Assembly (NCBI RefSeq): GCF_009914755.1
Contig: NC_060933.1
DNA from: the human T2T-CHM13v2.0 reference genome, Homo sapiens
DNA: 64,000 bases
Strand: one strand, 5' to 3'
A program made the translations under genes and the position numbers. Under the pieces are notes generated by a model that was not told where the DNA came from, searched no databases, and saw nothing but the letters and a program-made list of their open reading frames with translations. How positions within the stretch are numbered: position 1 is the stretch's first letter; the number at the start of each line of letters is the position of its first letter. Shown here in pieces: positions 26,701 through 41,985 of this stretch.

Positions 26701-28911
26701 CCATTCCATTCCATTCCGGATGATTCCATTCCATTCCGGATGATTCCATTCCATTGCATTCCGTTCTATTACATTCCCCTGCACTCGGGTTGATTCCATT
26801 CCATTCCATTCGATTCCATTCCATTCCAATTCGTTCCATTCCATTCTATTCCGTACCATTCCATTCCATTCCATAGCATTCCATTCCATTTCATTCCATT
26901 GCATTCGTTTCCGTTCCATTCCGTTCCATTCCATTCCATTCAAATCTATTAGGGTTAATTCCATTCCATTCCATTCCATTCCATTCCATTCTATTCCATT
27001 CCATTGCAATCGAGTTGAATCCACTGCATTCCATTCCATTCCATTCCATTGCATTCCATTCCATTCCGGAAGATTCCATTCCATTGCATTCCATTCCATT
27101 CCATTCCCCTGCACTCGCGTTGATTGCATTCCGTTCCATTCCATTCCATTCCATTCCATTCCGTTCTGTTCCGTTCCGTTCCATTCCATTCCATTCCGTA
27201 CCATTCCACTCCATTCCATACAATTCCATTCCATTCCATTCCATTCCATTCCATTCCATTCCGTTCCGTTCCGTTCCGTTCCGTTCCATTCCATTCCATT
27301 CCATTCTATTCCATTCCATTCCATTCCATTCCGTTCCGTTCCATTGCTTTCCATTCCATTCTATTCCATTCTATTCCATTCCATTGCAATCGAGTTGAAT
27401 CCATTGCATTCCATTCCATTCCATTCCGGAAGATTCCATTCCATTGCATTCCATTCCATTCCATTCCCGTGCACTCGCGTTGATTCCATTCCATTCCATT
27501 CCATTCCATTCCATTCCATTCCATTCCTTTCCTTTCCATTCCATTCCATTCCATTCCATTCCATTACATTCCGTTCCGTTCCATTCCTTTCCATTCCATT
27601 CTATTCGGGTTAATTCCATTCCATTCCATTCGATTGCAATCGAGTTGATTCCATTCCATTCCATTCCATTCCATTCCATTCCATTCCATTCCATTCCTTT
27701 CCATTCCATTACGGATGATTCAATTCCATTGCATTCCATTCCATTCCATTCCCTTGTACTCGGGTTGATTCCATTCCATTCCATTCCAATCCATGCCATT
27801 CCACTGGTGTTGATTCCATTCTTTCCATTCCATTCAATTTGAATCCATTCCATTGCATTCCATTCGATTCGATTCCATTCGATTGCCCTCGGGTTGATTC
27901 CATTCCATTGCATTCCATTCCATTGCATTCCATTCCATTCCATTCCATTCCATTCCGTTCCATTCCATTTCATTACATTCAGATTGATTCTATTCAATTC
28001 CCTTACACTCCATTATATTCCAATCCATTCTGGTTGTTTCCATTCCATTCCATTCCATTCCATTTCACTCCATTCCATTGCACTCGGGTTGATTCCATTC
28101 CATTCCATTCCATTGCATTCCATTACATTCCTTTCCGGATGATTCCATTCCATTGCATTCCATTCCATTCCATTCCCCTGCACTCGCGTTGATTCCATTC
28201 CATTCCATTACCTTACATTCCGTTCCATTCCATTCCATTCCATTCGGATTGATTCTATTCAATTCCCTTACACTCCATTACATTCCATTCCATTCGGGTA
28301 GTTTCCATTCCATTCCATTCCATTCCTCTCCATTCCATTGCACTCGGGTGGATTCCATTCCATTCCATTCCATTCCATTCCATTCCATTCCATTCCATTC
28401 CATTGTACTCGGGTTGATTCCATTCCATTGCATTCCGTTCCATTACATTCCCCTGCACTCGGGTTGATTCCATTCCATTCCATTCCATTCCATTCGATTC
28501 CATTCCATTCCAATTCTTTCCATTCCATTCTATTCCGTACCATTCCATTCCATTCCATTGTACTCGGGTTGATTCCATTCCATTGCATTCCATTCCTTTC
28601 CATTCCATTCCATTCCATTCCATTCCATTCCGTTCCATTCCATTACATTCGGATTGATTCTATTCAACTCCCTTACTCTCCATTACTTTCCATTCCATTC
28701 GGGTTGTTCCATTCCATTCCATTCCATTCCACTCCATTCCATTTCACTCGGGTTGATTCCATTCCATTCCATTCTATTCCATTCCATTCGATTCCATTCC
28801 ATTCCTTTCCATTCCATTGTACTCGGGTTGATTCCATTCCATTGCATTCCATTCCATTCCATTCCATTCCATTGCATTCCATTCCGTTCCATTCTATTAC
28901 ATTCGGATTGA

Positions 28912-31900
28912 TTCTATTCAACTCCTTTACTCTCCATAACATTCCATTCCATTCGGGTTGTTCCATTCCATTCCATTCCATTCCACTCCATTCCATTGCA
29001 CTCGGGTTGATTCCATTCCAATCCATTCCATTCCATTCCATTCCATTCCATTCCATTCCATTCCATTCCGGATGATTCCATTCCATTGCACTCCGTTCCA
29101 TTACATTCCCCTGCACTCGGGTTGATTCCATTCCATTCCATTCCATTCCATTCCATTCCATTCCATTCCATTCCAATTCTTTCCTTTCCATTCTATTCCG
29201 TACCATTCCATTCCATTTCATACAATTCCATTCCATTCCATTCCATTCCATTCCATTCTGTTCCGTTCCGTTCAGTTCCGTTCCATTCCATTCCATTCCA
29301 TTCTATTCGGGTTAATTCCATTCCATTCCATTCCATTACATTACATTCCGTTCCATTCCATTCCATTCCATTCGGATTGATTCTATTCAATTCCCTTACA
29401 CTCCATTACATTCCATTCCATTCGGGTAGTTTCCATTCCATTCCATTCCATTCCATTGTACTCGGGTTGATTCCATTCCATTGCATTCCATTCCATTCCA
29501 TTCCATTCCATTATATTCCGTTCCATTCCATTACATTCGGATTGATTCTATTCAATTCCCTTACACTCCATTACATTCCATTGCATTCCATTCCATTCCA
29601 TTCCATTTCGTTCCATTCCATTCTATTCCGTATCATTCCATTCCATTCCATTCCATTGCATTCCATTCCATTCCATTCCACTCGTGTTGATTTCATTCCT
29701 TTCCATTCCATTCGGTTTGAAAGCATTCCATTCCATTCCATTCCATTCCATTCCATTCCATTCCATTCCATTCCATTGTACTCGGGTTGATTCCATTCCA
29801 TTGCATTCCATTCCATTCCATTCCATTCCATTCCATTCCATTCCGTTGCGTTCCATTCCATTACATTCGGATTGATTCTATTCAACTCCCTTACTCTCCA
29901 TTACATTCCATTCCATTCGGGTTGTTCCATTCCATTCCATTCCATTCCACTCCATTCCATTGCACTCGGGTTGATTCCATTCCATTCCATTCCATTCCAT
30001 TCCATTCCGGATGATTCCATACTATTGCATTCCGTTCCATTTCATTCCCCTGCACTCGCGTTGATTCCGTTCCATTCCATTCCATTCCATTCAATTCCAT
30101 TCCATTACAATTCGTTCCATTCCATTCTATTCCGTACCATTCCATTCCAATCCATACCATTCCATTCCATTCCATTCCATTCCATTCCATTCCATTCCAT
30201 TCCATTCCGGATGATTCCATTCCATTGCATTCCGTTCCATTACATTCCCCTGCACTCGGGTTGATTCCTTCCCATTCCATTCCATTCTATTCCATTCCAT
30301 TCCATTCCAATTCTTTCCTTTCCATTCTATTCCATACCATTCCATTCCATTTCATACAATTCCATTCCATTCCATTCCATTCCATTCCATTCCATTCCGT
30401 TCCTTTCCGTTCCGTTCCGTTCCATTCCATTCCATTCCATTCTATTCGGGTTAATTCCATTCCATTCCATTCCATTGCATTATATTCCATTCCATTGCAA
30501 TCGAGTTGAATCCATTGCATTCCATTCCATTCCATTCCATTCCGGAAGATTCCATTCCATTGCATTCCATTCCATTCCATTCCCCTGCATTCGCGTTTAT
30601 TCCTTTCAATTCCATTCCGTTCCATTCCATTCCATTCCGTTCCGATCCATTCCATTCCATTCCATTCCATTCCATTCCATTCCATTCCGTTCCGTTCCGT
30701 TCCATTCCATTCTATTCCGTTCTATTCGGGTTAATTCCATTCCATTCCATTCGATTGCAATCGAGATGATTCCATTCCATTCCATTCCATTCCATTCCAT
30801 TCCTTTCCATTACATTACGGGTGATTCCATTCCATTGCATTCCATTCCATTCCATTCCCCTGTACTCGAGTTGATTCCATTCCATTCCATTCCATTCCAT
30901 GCCACTCCACTCGTGTTGATTCCACTCTTTCCATTCCATTCAAGTTGAATCCATTCCATTGCATTCCATTCCATTCGATTCCATTCGATTGCACTCTTGT
31001 TGATTCCATTCCATTTCATTCCATTCCATTCCATTCCATTCCATTCCATTCCCTTCCATTCCATTCCATTACATTCGTATTGATTCTATTCCATTCCCTT
31101 ACACTCCATTACATTCCATTCCATTCGGGTAGTTTCCATTCCATTCCATTCCATTCCTTTCCATTCCATTGCACTCGGGTTGATTCCATTCCATTCCATT
31201 CCATTCCATTCCATTCCGGATGATTCCATTCCATTGAATTCCATTCCATTCCATTCCCCTCCACTTGGGTTGATTCCATTCCATTCCATTCCATTCCTTT
31301 CCGTTCCATTCCATTCCATTCCATTCCATTCCATTGTATTCGTGTTAATTCCATTCCATTCAATTCCATTCCATTCCATTGAAATCGAGTTGATTCCATT
31401 CCATTCCATTCCATTCCATTCCGGATGATTCCATTCAATTGCATTCCATTCCATTCCATTCCCCTGCACTCGGGTTGAATCCATTCCATTCCGTTCCATT
31501 CCATTCCATTCCATTCTATTCGGGTTAATTCCATTCCATTCCATTCCACTCCATTCCAGTCCTTTGCATTCCATTCCACTAGGGTTGATTCCATTCTATT
31601 CCTTTCCATTACATTCCATTCCATTGCAATCGAGTTGATTCCATTCGAGTTGAATCCATTCCATTCCATTCCATTACATTACATTGCACACGGGTTCATT
31701 CCATTCCATTCCATTCCATTCCTTTCCATTCCATTCCATTTCATTCCGTTCCATTCTATTCCGTACCATTCCATTCCATCCCATTCCATTCCATTCCATT
31801 CCATTCCATGCCATTACACTCGGGTTGATTCCATTCCTTTCCATTCCATTCTTGTTGAATCCATTCCATTCCATTCCATTCCATTCGAATCCTTTCCATT

Positions 31901-34900
31901 GCACTCGGGTTGATTCCATTCCATTCCGTTCCATTCCATTTCATTCCATTCCATTCCATTACATTCGGATTGATTCTATTCAGTTCCCTTACACTCCATT
32001 ACATTCCATTCCATTCGGGATGTTTCCATTCCATTCCATTCCATTCCACTCCATTCCATTGCATCGGGTTGATTGCATTCCATTCCATTCCATTCCATTC
32101 CGGATGACTCCATTCCAATGCATTCCATTCCATTCCATTCCCCTGCACTCGGGTTGATTACATTCCATACCATTCCCTTCCATTCCATTCCATTCCACAC
32201 CGGATGATTGCATTCCATTGCTTTCCATTCCATTCCATTCCATTGCAATGGAGTTGATTCCATTCCATTCCATTCCATTCCATTCCATTCCATTCCATTC
32301 CCGATGATTGCATTCCATTGCTTTCCATTCCATTCCATTCCCCTGCACTCGGGTTGATTCCATTCCATTTCATTCCATTACATTCCTTTCCATTCCATTC
32401 CATTCCATTCTATTCGGGTTAATTTCATTCCATTCCATTCCATTCCATTCCATTCCATTCCATTCCATTGCAATCGAGTTGATTCCATTCCATTCCATTC
32501 CATTCCATTCCATTGCATTCCAATCAATTTGATTCCATTCCATTCCATTCCATTCCACTCCATTCCAGTCCTTTCCATTCCATTCATCTCGGGTTGATTC
32601 CATTCTATTCCTTTCCATTCCATTCCATTCCATTGCAATCGAGTGGATTCCTTTCGAGTTGAATCCATTCCATACCATTCCATTACATTACATTGCACAC
32701 GGGCTCATTCCATTCCATTCCATTCCATTCCATTCCATTCCATTTCATTCCATTCCATTCTATTCCGTACCATTCCATTCCATCCCATTCCATTCCATTC
32801 CATTCCATGCCTTTACACTCGGGTTGATTCCATTCCTTTCCATTCCATTCTTGTTGAATCCATTCCATTCCATTCCATTCCATTCGAATCCATTCCATTG
32901 CACTCGGGTTGATTCCATTCCATTCCATTCCATTCCATTTCATTCCATTCCATTACATTACATTCCGATTGATTCTATTCAATTCCCTTACACTCCATTA
33001 CATTACATTCCATTCGGGTAGTTTCCATTCCATTACATTCCATTCTTCTCCATTCCATTGCACTCGGGTTGATTCCATTCCATTCCATTCCATTCCATTT
33101 CATTCCATTCCATTACATTACATTCCGATTGATTCTATTCAATTCCCTTACACTCCATTACATTCCATTCCATTCGGGATGTTTCCATTCCATTCCATTC
33201 CATTCCACTCCATTCCATTGCATCGGGTTGATTCCATTCCATTCCATTCCATTCCGGATGATTCCATTCGATTGCATTCCATTGCATTCCATTCCCCTGC
33301 ACTAGGGTTGATTACATTCCATTTCCTTCCCTTCCATTCCTTTCCATTCCATTCCATTCCATTCTATTCGGGTGAATTCCATTCCATTCCATTCCATTCC
33401 ATTCCATTCCATTCCATTCCATTCTATTGCAATCGACTTGATTCCATTCCATTCCATTCCATTCCATTCCAATCGTGTTGATTCCATTCCTTTCCATTCC
33501 ATTCGGTTTGAAGCCATTCCATTCCATTTAATTCCATTCCATTCCATTCCATTCCATTCCATTCCATTCCATTTCATTCCATTGTACTCGGGTTGATTCC
33601 ATTCCATTGCATTCCATTCCATTCCATTCAATTCCATTCCGTTCCATTCCATTCCATCACATTCGGATTGATTCTATTCAACTCCCTTACTCTCAATTAC
33701 ATTCCATTCCATTCGGATTGATTCTATTCAACTCCCTGACTCTCCATTACATTCCATTCCATTCGGGTTGTTCCATTCCATTCCATTCCATTCCACTCCA
33801 TTCCATTGCACTCGGGTTGATTCCATTCCACTCCATTCCATTCCATTCTATTCCGGATGATTCCATTCCATTGCATTCCCTTCTATTACATTCCCCTGCC
33901 TTCGCGTTGATTCCATTCCATTCCATTCCATTCCATTCCATTCCATTCCATTCCATTCCATTCCAATTCGTTCCATTCCATTCTATTCCGTACCATTCCA
34001 TTCCATTCCATACCATTCCATTCCATTCCATTCCATTCCATTCCGTTCCATTCCATTCCATTCCATTCTATTAGGGTTAATTCCATTCCATTCCATTCCA
34101 TTCCATTCTATTCCATTCCATTGCAATCGAGTTGAATCCATTGCATTCCATTCCATTCCATTCCATTCCATTCCATACCATTCCATTCCATTCCGGAAGA
34201 TTCCATTCCATTGCATTCCATTCCATTCCATTCCCCTGCACTCGCGTTTATTCCTGTCAATTCCATTTCATTCCATTCCATTCCATTCCGTTCCTCTCCA
34301 TTCCATTGCATTCCATTCCATTCCATTCCATTCCATTCCGTTCCGTTCCGTTCCGTTCCATTCCATTCCATTCCATTCTATTCGGGTTAATTCCATTCCA
34401 TTCCATTCGATTGCAATCGAATTGATTCCATTCCATTCCATTCCATTCCATTCCATTCCATTCCATTCCTTTCCATTCCATTACGGATGATTCCATTCCA
34501 TTGCATTCCATTCCATTCCATTCCATTCCGGATGATTCCATTCCATTGCATTCCGTTCTATTACATTCCCCTGCACTCGCGCTGATTCCATTCCATTCCA
34601 TTCCATTCCATTCGATTCCATTCCATTCCAATTCGTTCCATTCCATTCTATTCCGTACCATTCCATTCCATTCCATACCATTCCATTCCATTGCATTCCA
34701 TTCCATTCCATTCCATTCCATTCCATTCCTTTCCGTTCCATTCCATTCCATTCCATTCCATTCCATTCCGTTCCGTTCCATTCCATTCCATTCCATTCCA
34801 TTCCATTCCGTTCCGTTCCGTTCCGTTCCATTCCATTCCATTCCATTCCATTCTATTCGGGTTAATTCCATTCCATTCCATTCGATTGCAATCGAGTTGA

Positions 34901-35200
34901 TTCCATTCCATTCCATTCCATTCCATTCCTTTCCATTCCATTACGGATGATTCCATTCCATTGCATTCCATTCCATTCAATTCCCCTGTACTCGAGTTGA
35001 TTCCATTCCATTCCATTCCAATCCATGCCATTCCACTCGTGTTGATTCCATTCTTTCCATTCCATTCAAGTTGAATCCATTCCATTGCATTCCATTCCAT
35101 TCGATTCCATTCGATTGCACTCGGGTTGATTCCATTCCATTGCATTCCATTCCATTCCATTCCATTCCATTCCATTCCATTCCATTCCATTTCATTACAT
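28912..35200 (+). repeat. Block A, copy 2 (equals ~1-5225 joined to ~6269-7400; ~1.04 kb internal segment absent)
   Basis: Offset is ~28,906-28,911 (position 1 vs 28912; TGAC 4831 vs 33737; 5226 vs 34132), then becomes 27,863 (6269 vs 34132). Shares TTTGAAAGCA and TTCAGTTCCG variants with copy 1. Confidence 0.88.
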
Positions 35201-35460
35201 TCTGATTGATTCTATTCAATTCCCTTACACTCCATTATATTCCAATCCATTCTGGTTTTTTCCATTCCATTCCATTCCATTTCACTCCATTCCATTGCAG
35301 TCGGGTTGATTGCATTCCATTCCATTCCATTGCATTCCATTCCATTCCATTCCGGATGATTCCATTCCATTGCATTCCATTCCATTCCATTCCCCTGCAC
35401 TCAGGTTGATTCCATTCCATTCCATTCCATTACATTCCGTTCCATTCCATTCCATTCCAT

Positions 35461-36450
35461 TCGGATTGATTCTATTCAATTCCCTTACACTCCATTACAT
35501 TCCATTCCATTCGGGTAGTTTCCATTCCATTCCATTCCATTCCTCTCCATTCCATTTCACTCGGGTTGATTCCATTCCATTCCATTCTATTCCATTCCAT
35601 TCGATTCCATTCCATTCCATTCCATTCCATTGTACTCGGGTTGATTCCATTCCATTGCATTCTATTCCATTCCATTCCATTCCATTCCATTCCGTTCCAT
35701 TCTATTACATTCGGATTGATTCTATTCAACTCCCTTACTCTCCATAACATTCCATTCCATTCGGGTTGTTCCATTCCATTCCATTCCATTCCACTCCATT
35801 CCATTGCACTCGGGTTGATTCCATTCCAATCCATTCCATTCCATTCCATTCCATTCCATTCCATTCCATTCCATTCCGGATGATTCCATTCCATTGCACT
35901 CCGTTCCATTACATTCCCCTGCACTCGGGTTGATTCCATTCCATTCCATTCCATTCCATTCGGATTGATTCTATTCAATTCCCTTACACTCCATTACATT
36001 CCATTCCATTCGGGTAGTTTCCATTCCATTCCATTCCATTCCTCTCCATTCCATTTCACTCGGGTTGATTCCATTCCATTCCATTCTATTCCATTCCATT
36101 CGATTCCATTCCATTCCATTCCATTCCATTGTACTCGGGTTGATTCCATTCCATTGCATTCTATTCCATTCCATTCCATTCCATTCCATTCCGTTCCATT
36201 CTATTACATTCGGATTGATTCTATTCAACTCCCTTACTCTCCATAACATTCCATTCCATTCGGGTTGTTCCATTCCATTCCATTCCATTCCACTCCATTC
36301 CATTGCACTCGGGTTGATTCCATTCCAATCCATTCCATTCCATTCCATTCCATTCCATTCCATTCCATTCCGGATGATTCCATTCCATTGCACTCCGTTC
36401 CATTACATTCCCCTGCACTCGGGTTGATTCCATTCCATTCCATTCCATTC
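35461..36450 (+). repeat. ~499 bp tandem duplication (35461-35959 / 35960-~36450)
   Basis: TCGGATTGATT at 35461 and 35960. ORF pairs 35472/35971, 35495/35994, 35566/36065 and 35722/36221 are all offset by 499. The second unit is one pentamer shorter before CCGGATG. Confidence 0.9.
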
Positions 36451-39400
36451 CATTCCATTCCATTCCATTCCAATTCTTTCCTTTCCATTCTATTCCGTAC
36501 CATTCCATTCCATTTCATACAATTCCATTCCATTCCATTCCATTCCATTCCATTCCATTCTGTTCCGTTCCGTTCCGTTCCGTTCCATTCCATTCCATTC
36601 CATTCTCTTCGGGTTAATTCCATTCCATTCCATTCCATTCCATTCCATTCCATTCCATTACATTCCGTTCCATTCCATTCCATTCCATTCGGATTGATTC
36701 TATTCAATTCCCTTACACTCCATTACATTCCATTCCATTCGGGTAGTTTCCATTCCATTCCATTCCATTCCATTGTACTCGGGTTGATTCCATTCCATTA
36801 CATTCCATTCCATTCCATTCCATTCCATTACATTCCGTTCCATTCCATTACATTCGGATTGATTCTATTCAATTCCCTTACACTCCATTACATTCCATTG
36901 CATTCCATTCCATTCCATTCCATTTCGTTCCATTCCATTCTATTCCGTATCATTCCATTCCATTCCATTCCATTGCATTCCATTCCATTCCATTCCACTC
37001 GTGTTGATTTCATTCCTTTTCATTCCATTCGGTTTGAAGGCATTCCATTCCATTCCATTCCATTCCATTCCATTCCATTCCATTCCATTCCATTGTACTC
37101 AGGTTGATTCCATTCCATTGCATTCCATTCCATTCCATTCCATTCCATTCCATTCCATTCCGTTGCGTTCCATTCCATTACATTCGGATTGATTCTATTC
37201 AACTCCCTTACTCTCCATTACATTCCATTCCATTCGGGTTGTTCCATTCCATTCCATTCCATTCCACTCCATTCCATTGCACTCGGGTTGATTCCATTCC
37301 ATTCCATTCCATTCCATTCCATTCCGGATGATTCCATTCTATTGCATTCCGTTCCATTTCATTCCCCTGCACTCGCGTTGATTCCATTCCATTCCATTCC
37401 ATTCCATTCAATTCCATTCCATTACAATTCGTTCCATACCATTCTATTCCGTACCATTCCATTCCAATCCATTCCATTCCATTCCATTCCATTCCATTCC
37501 ATTCCATTCCATTCCATTCCGGATGATTCCATTCCATTGCATTCCGTTCCATTACATTCCCCTGCACTCGGGTTGATTCCTTCCCATTCCATTCCATTCT
37601 ATTCCATTCCATTCCATTCCAATTCTTTCCTTTCCATTCTATTCCGTACCATTCCATTCCATTTCATACAATTCCATTCCATTCCATTCCATTCCATTCC
37701 ATTCCATTCCGTTCCTTTCCGTTCCGTTCCGTTCCATTCCATTCCATTCCATTCTATTCGGGTTAATTCCATTCCATTCCATTCCATTCCATTATATTCC
37801 ATTCCATTGCAATCGAGTTGAATCCATTGCATTCCATTCCATTCCATTCCATTCCGGAAGATTCCATTCCATTGCATTCCATTCCATTCCATTCCCCTGC
37901 ATTCGCGTTTATTCCTTTCAATTCCATTCCGTTCCATTCCATTCCATTCCGTTCCGCTCCATTCCATTCCATTCCATTCCATTCCATTCCATTCCATTCC
38001 ATTCCGTTCCGTTCCGTTCCGTTCCATTCCATTGTATTCCGTTCTATTCGGTTTAATTCCATTCCATTCCATTCGATTGCAATCGAGATGATTCCATTCC
38101 ATTCCATTCCATTCCATTCCATTCCATTCCATTCCATTCCTTTCCATTACATTACGGATGATTCCATTCCATTGCATTCCATTCCATTCCATTCCCCTGT
38201 ACTCGGGTTGATTCCATTCCATTCCATTCCATTCCATGCCACTCCACTCGTGTTGATTCCATTCTTTCCATTCCATTCAAGTTGAATCCATTCCATTGCA
38301 TTCCATTCCATTCGATTCCATTCGATTGCACTCGTGTTGATTCCATTCCATTTCATTCCATTCCATTCCATTCCATTCCATTCCATTCCATTCCCTTCCA
38401 TTCCATTCCATTACATTCGGATTGATTCTATTCAATTCCCTTACACTCCATTACATTCCATTCCATTCGGGTAGTTTCCATTCCATTCCATTCCATTCCT
38501 TTCCATTCTATTGCACTCGGGTTGATTCCATTCCATTCCATTCCATTCCATTCCATTCCATTCCATTCCATTCCATTCCATTCCATTTCATTCGGATTGA
38601 TTCTATTCAATTCCCTTACACTCCATTACATTCCATTCCATTCGGGTAGTTTCCATTCCATTCCATTCCATTCCTCTCCATTCCATTTCACTCGGGTTGA
38701 TTCCATTCCATTCCATTCTATTCCATTCCATTCGATTCCATTCCATTCCATTCCATTCCATTGTACTTGGGTTGATTCCATTCCATTGCATTCTATTCCA
38801 TTCCATTCCATTCCATTCCATTCCGTTCCATTCTATTACATTCGGATTGATTCTATTCAACTCCCTTACTGTCCATAACATTCCATTCCATTCGGGTTGT
38901 TCCATTCCATTCCATTCCATTCCACTCCATTCCATTGCACTCGGGTTGATTCCATTCCAATCCATTCCATTCCATTCCATTCCATTCCATTCCATTCCGG
39001 ATGATTCCATTCCATTGCACTCCGTTCCATTACATTCCCCTGCACTCGGGTTGATTCCATTCCATTCCATTCCATTCCATTCCATTCCATTCCATTCCAA
39101 TTCTTTCCTTTCCATTCTATTCCGTACCATTCCATTCCATTTCATACAATTCCATTCCATTCCATTCCATTCCATTCCATTCTGTTCCGTTCCGTTCCGT
39201 TCCGTTCCATTCCATTCCATTCCATTCTATTCGGGTTAATTCCATTCCATTCCATTCCATTCCATTACATTCCGTTCCATTCCATTCCATTCCATTCGGA
39301 TTGATTCTATTCAATTCCCTTACACTCCATTACATTCCATTCCATTCGGGTAGTTTCCATTCCATTCCATTCCATTCCATTGTACTCGGGTTGATTCCAT

Positions 39401-41985
39401 TCCATTGCATTCCATTCCATTCCATTCCATTCCATTACATTCCGTTCCATTCCATTACATTCGGATTGATTCTATTCAATTCCCTTACACTCCATTACAT
39501 TCCATTGCATTCCATTCCATTCCATTCCATTTCGTTCCATTCCATTCTATTCCGTATCATTCCATTCCATTCCATTCCATTGCATTCCATTCCATTCCAT
39601 TCCACTCGTGTTGATTTCATTCCTTTTCATTCCATTCGGTTTGAAGGCATTCCATTCCATTCCATTCCATTCCATTCCATTCCATTGTACTCAGGTTGAT
39701 TCCATTCCATTGCATTCCATTCCATTCCATTCCATTCCATTCCATTCCGTTGCGTTCCATTCCATTACATTCGGATTGATTCTATTCAACTCCCTTACTG
39801 TCCATTACATTCCATTCCATTCGGGTTGTTCCATTCCATTCCATTCCATTCCACTCCATTCCATTGCACTCGGGTTGATTCCATTCCATTCCATTCCATT
39901 CCATTCCATTCCATTCCGGATGATTCCATTCTATTGCATTCCGTTCCATTTCATTCCCCTGCACTCGCGTTGATTCCATTCCATTCCATTCCATTCCATT
40001 CAATTCCATTCCATTACAATTCGTTCCATACCATTCTATTCCGTACCATTCCATTCCAATCCATTCCATTCCATTCCATTCCATTCCATTCCATTCCATT
40101 CCATTCCATTCCATTCCATTCCGGATGATTCCATTCCATTGCATTCCGTTCCATTACATTCCCCTGCACTCGGGTTGATTCCTTCCCATTCCATTCCATT
40201 CTATTCCATTCCATTCCATTCCAATTCTTTCCTTTCCATTCTATTCCGTAGCATTCCATTCCATTTCATACAATTCCATTCCATTCCATTCCATTCCATT
40301 CCATTCCATTCCGTTCCTTTCCGTTCCGTTCCGTTCCATTCCATTCCATTCCATTCTATTCGGGTTAATTCCATTCCATTCCATTCCATTCCATTATATT
40401 CCATTCCATTGCAATCGAGTTGAATCCATTGCATTCCATTCCATTCCATTCCATTCCGGAAGATTCCATTCCATTGCATTCCATTCCATTCCAATCCCCT
40501 GCATTCGCGTTTATTCCTTTCAATTCCATTCCGTTCCATTCCATTCCATTCCGTTCCGCTCCATTCCATTCCATTCCATTCCATTCCATTCCATTCCGTT
40601 CCGTTCCGTTCCGTTCCATTCCATTGTATTCCGTTCTATTCGGTTTAATTCCATTCCATTCCATTCGATTGCAATCGAGATGATTCCATTCCATTCCATT
40701 CCATTCCATTCCATTCCATTCCATTCCATTCCTTTCCATTACATTACGGATGATTCCATTCCATTGCATTCCATTCCATTCCATTCCCCTGTACTCGGGT
40801 TGATTCGATTCCATTCCATTCCATTCCATGCCACTCCACTCGTGTTGATTCCATTCTTTCCATTCCATTCAAGTTGAATTCATTCCATTGCATTGCATTC
40901 CATTCGATTCCATTCGATTGCACTCGTGTTGATTCCATTCCATTTCATTCCATTCCATTCCATTCCATTCCATTCCATTCCATTCCCTTCCATTCCATTC
41001 CATTACATTCGGATTGATTCTATTCAATTCCCTTACACTCCATTACATTCCATTCCATTCGGGTAGTTTCCATTCCATTCCATTCCATTCCTTTGCATTC
41101 CATTGCACTCGGGTTGATTCCATTCCATTCCATTCCATTCCATTCCATTCCATTCCGGATGATTCCATTCCATTGAATTCCATTCCATTCCATTCCCCTC
41201 CACTTGGGTTGATTCCATTCCATTCCATTCCATTCCTTTCCGTTCCATTCCATTCCATTCCATTCCATTCCATTCCATTGTATTCGTGTTAATTCCATTC
41301 CATTCTATTCCATTCCATTCCATTGAAATCGAGTTGATTCCATTCCATTCCATTCCATTCCATTCCGGATGATTCCATTCAATTGCATTCCATTCCATTC
41401 CATTCCCCTGCAGTCGGGTTGAATCCATTCCATTCCGTTCCATTCCATTCCATTCCATTCTATTCGGGTTAATTCCATTCCATTCCATTCCACTCCATTC
41501 CAGTCCTTTGCATTCCATTCCACTAGGGTTGATTCCATTCTATTCCTTTCCATTACATTCCATTCCATTGCAATCGAGTTGATTCCATTCGAGTTGAATC
41601 CATTCCATTCCATTCCATTACATTACATTGCACACGGGTTCATTCCATTCCATTCCATTCCATTCCATTCCATTTCATTCCGTTCCATTCTATTCCGTAC
41701 CATTCCATTCCATCCCATTCCATTCCATTCCATTCCATTCCATGCCATTACACTCGGGTTGATTCCATTCCTTTCCATTCCATTCTTGTTGAATCCATTC
41801 CATTCCATTCCATTCCATTCGAATCCTTTCCATTGCACTCGGGTTGATTCCATTCCATTCCGTTCCATTCCATTTCATTCCATTCCATTCCATTACATTC
41901 GGATTGATTCTATTCAGTTCCCTTACACTCCATTACATTCCATTCCATTCGGGATGTTTCCATTCCATTCCATTCCATTCCATTC
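35960..41985 (+). repeat. ~2.6 kb tandem duplication containing block A copies 3 (36219-~38590) and 4 (38851-~41985)
   Basis: Unit starts at 35960 and 38592 (offset 2632). CGAGATG at 38084 and 40676. Both units share private variants ATTGTATTCCGTTCTATTCGGTTTAA, CCTTTTCATT, GTACTCAGG and GTTCCATACC. Confidence 0.87.

Noticed and set aside
26716-26750. 20 bp doublet of CCGGATGATT
   Set aside because: It is real but an ordinary slippage product with no further implication.
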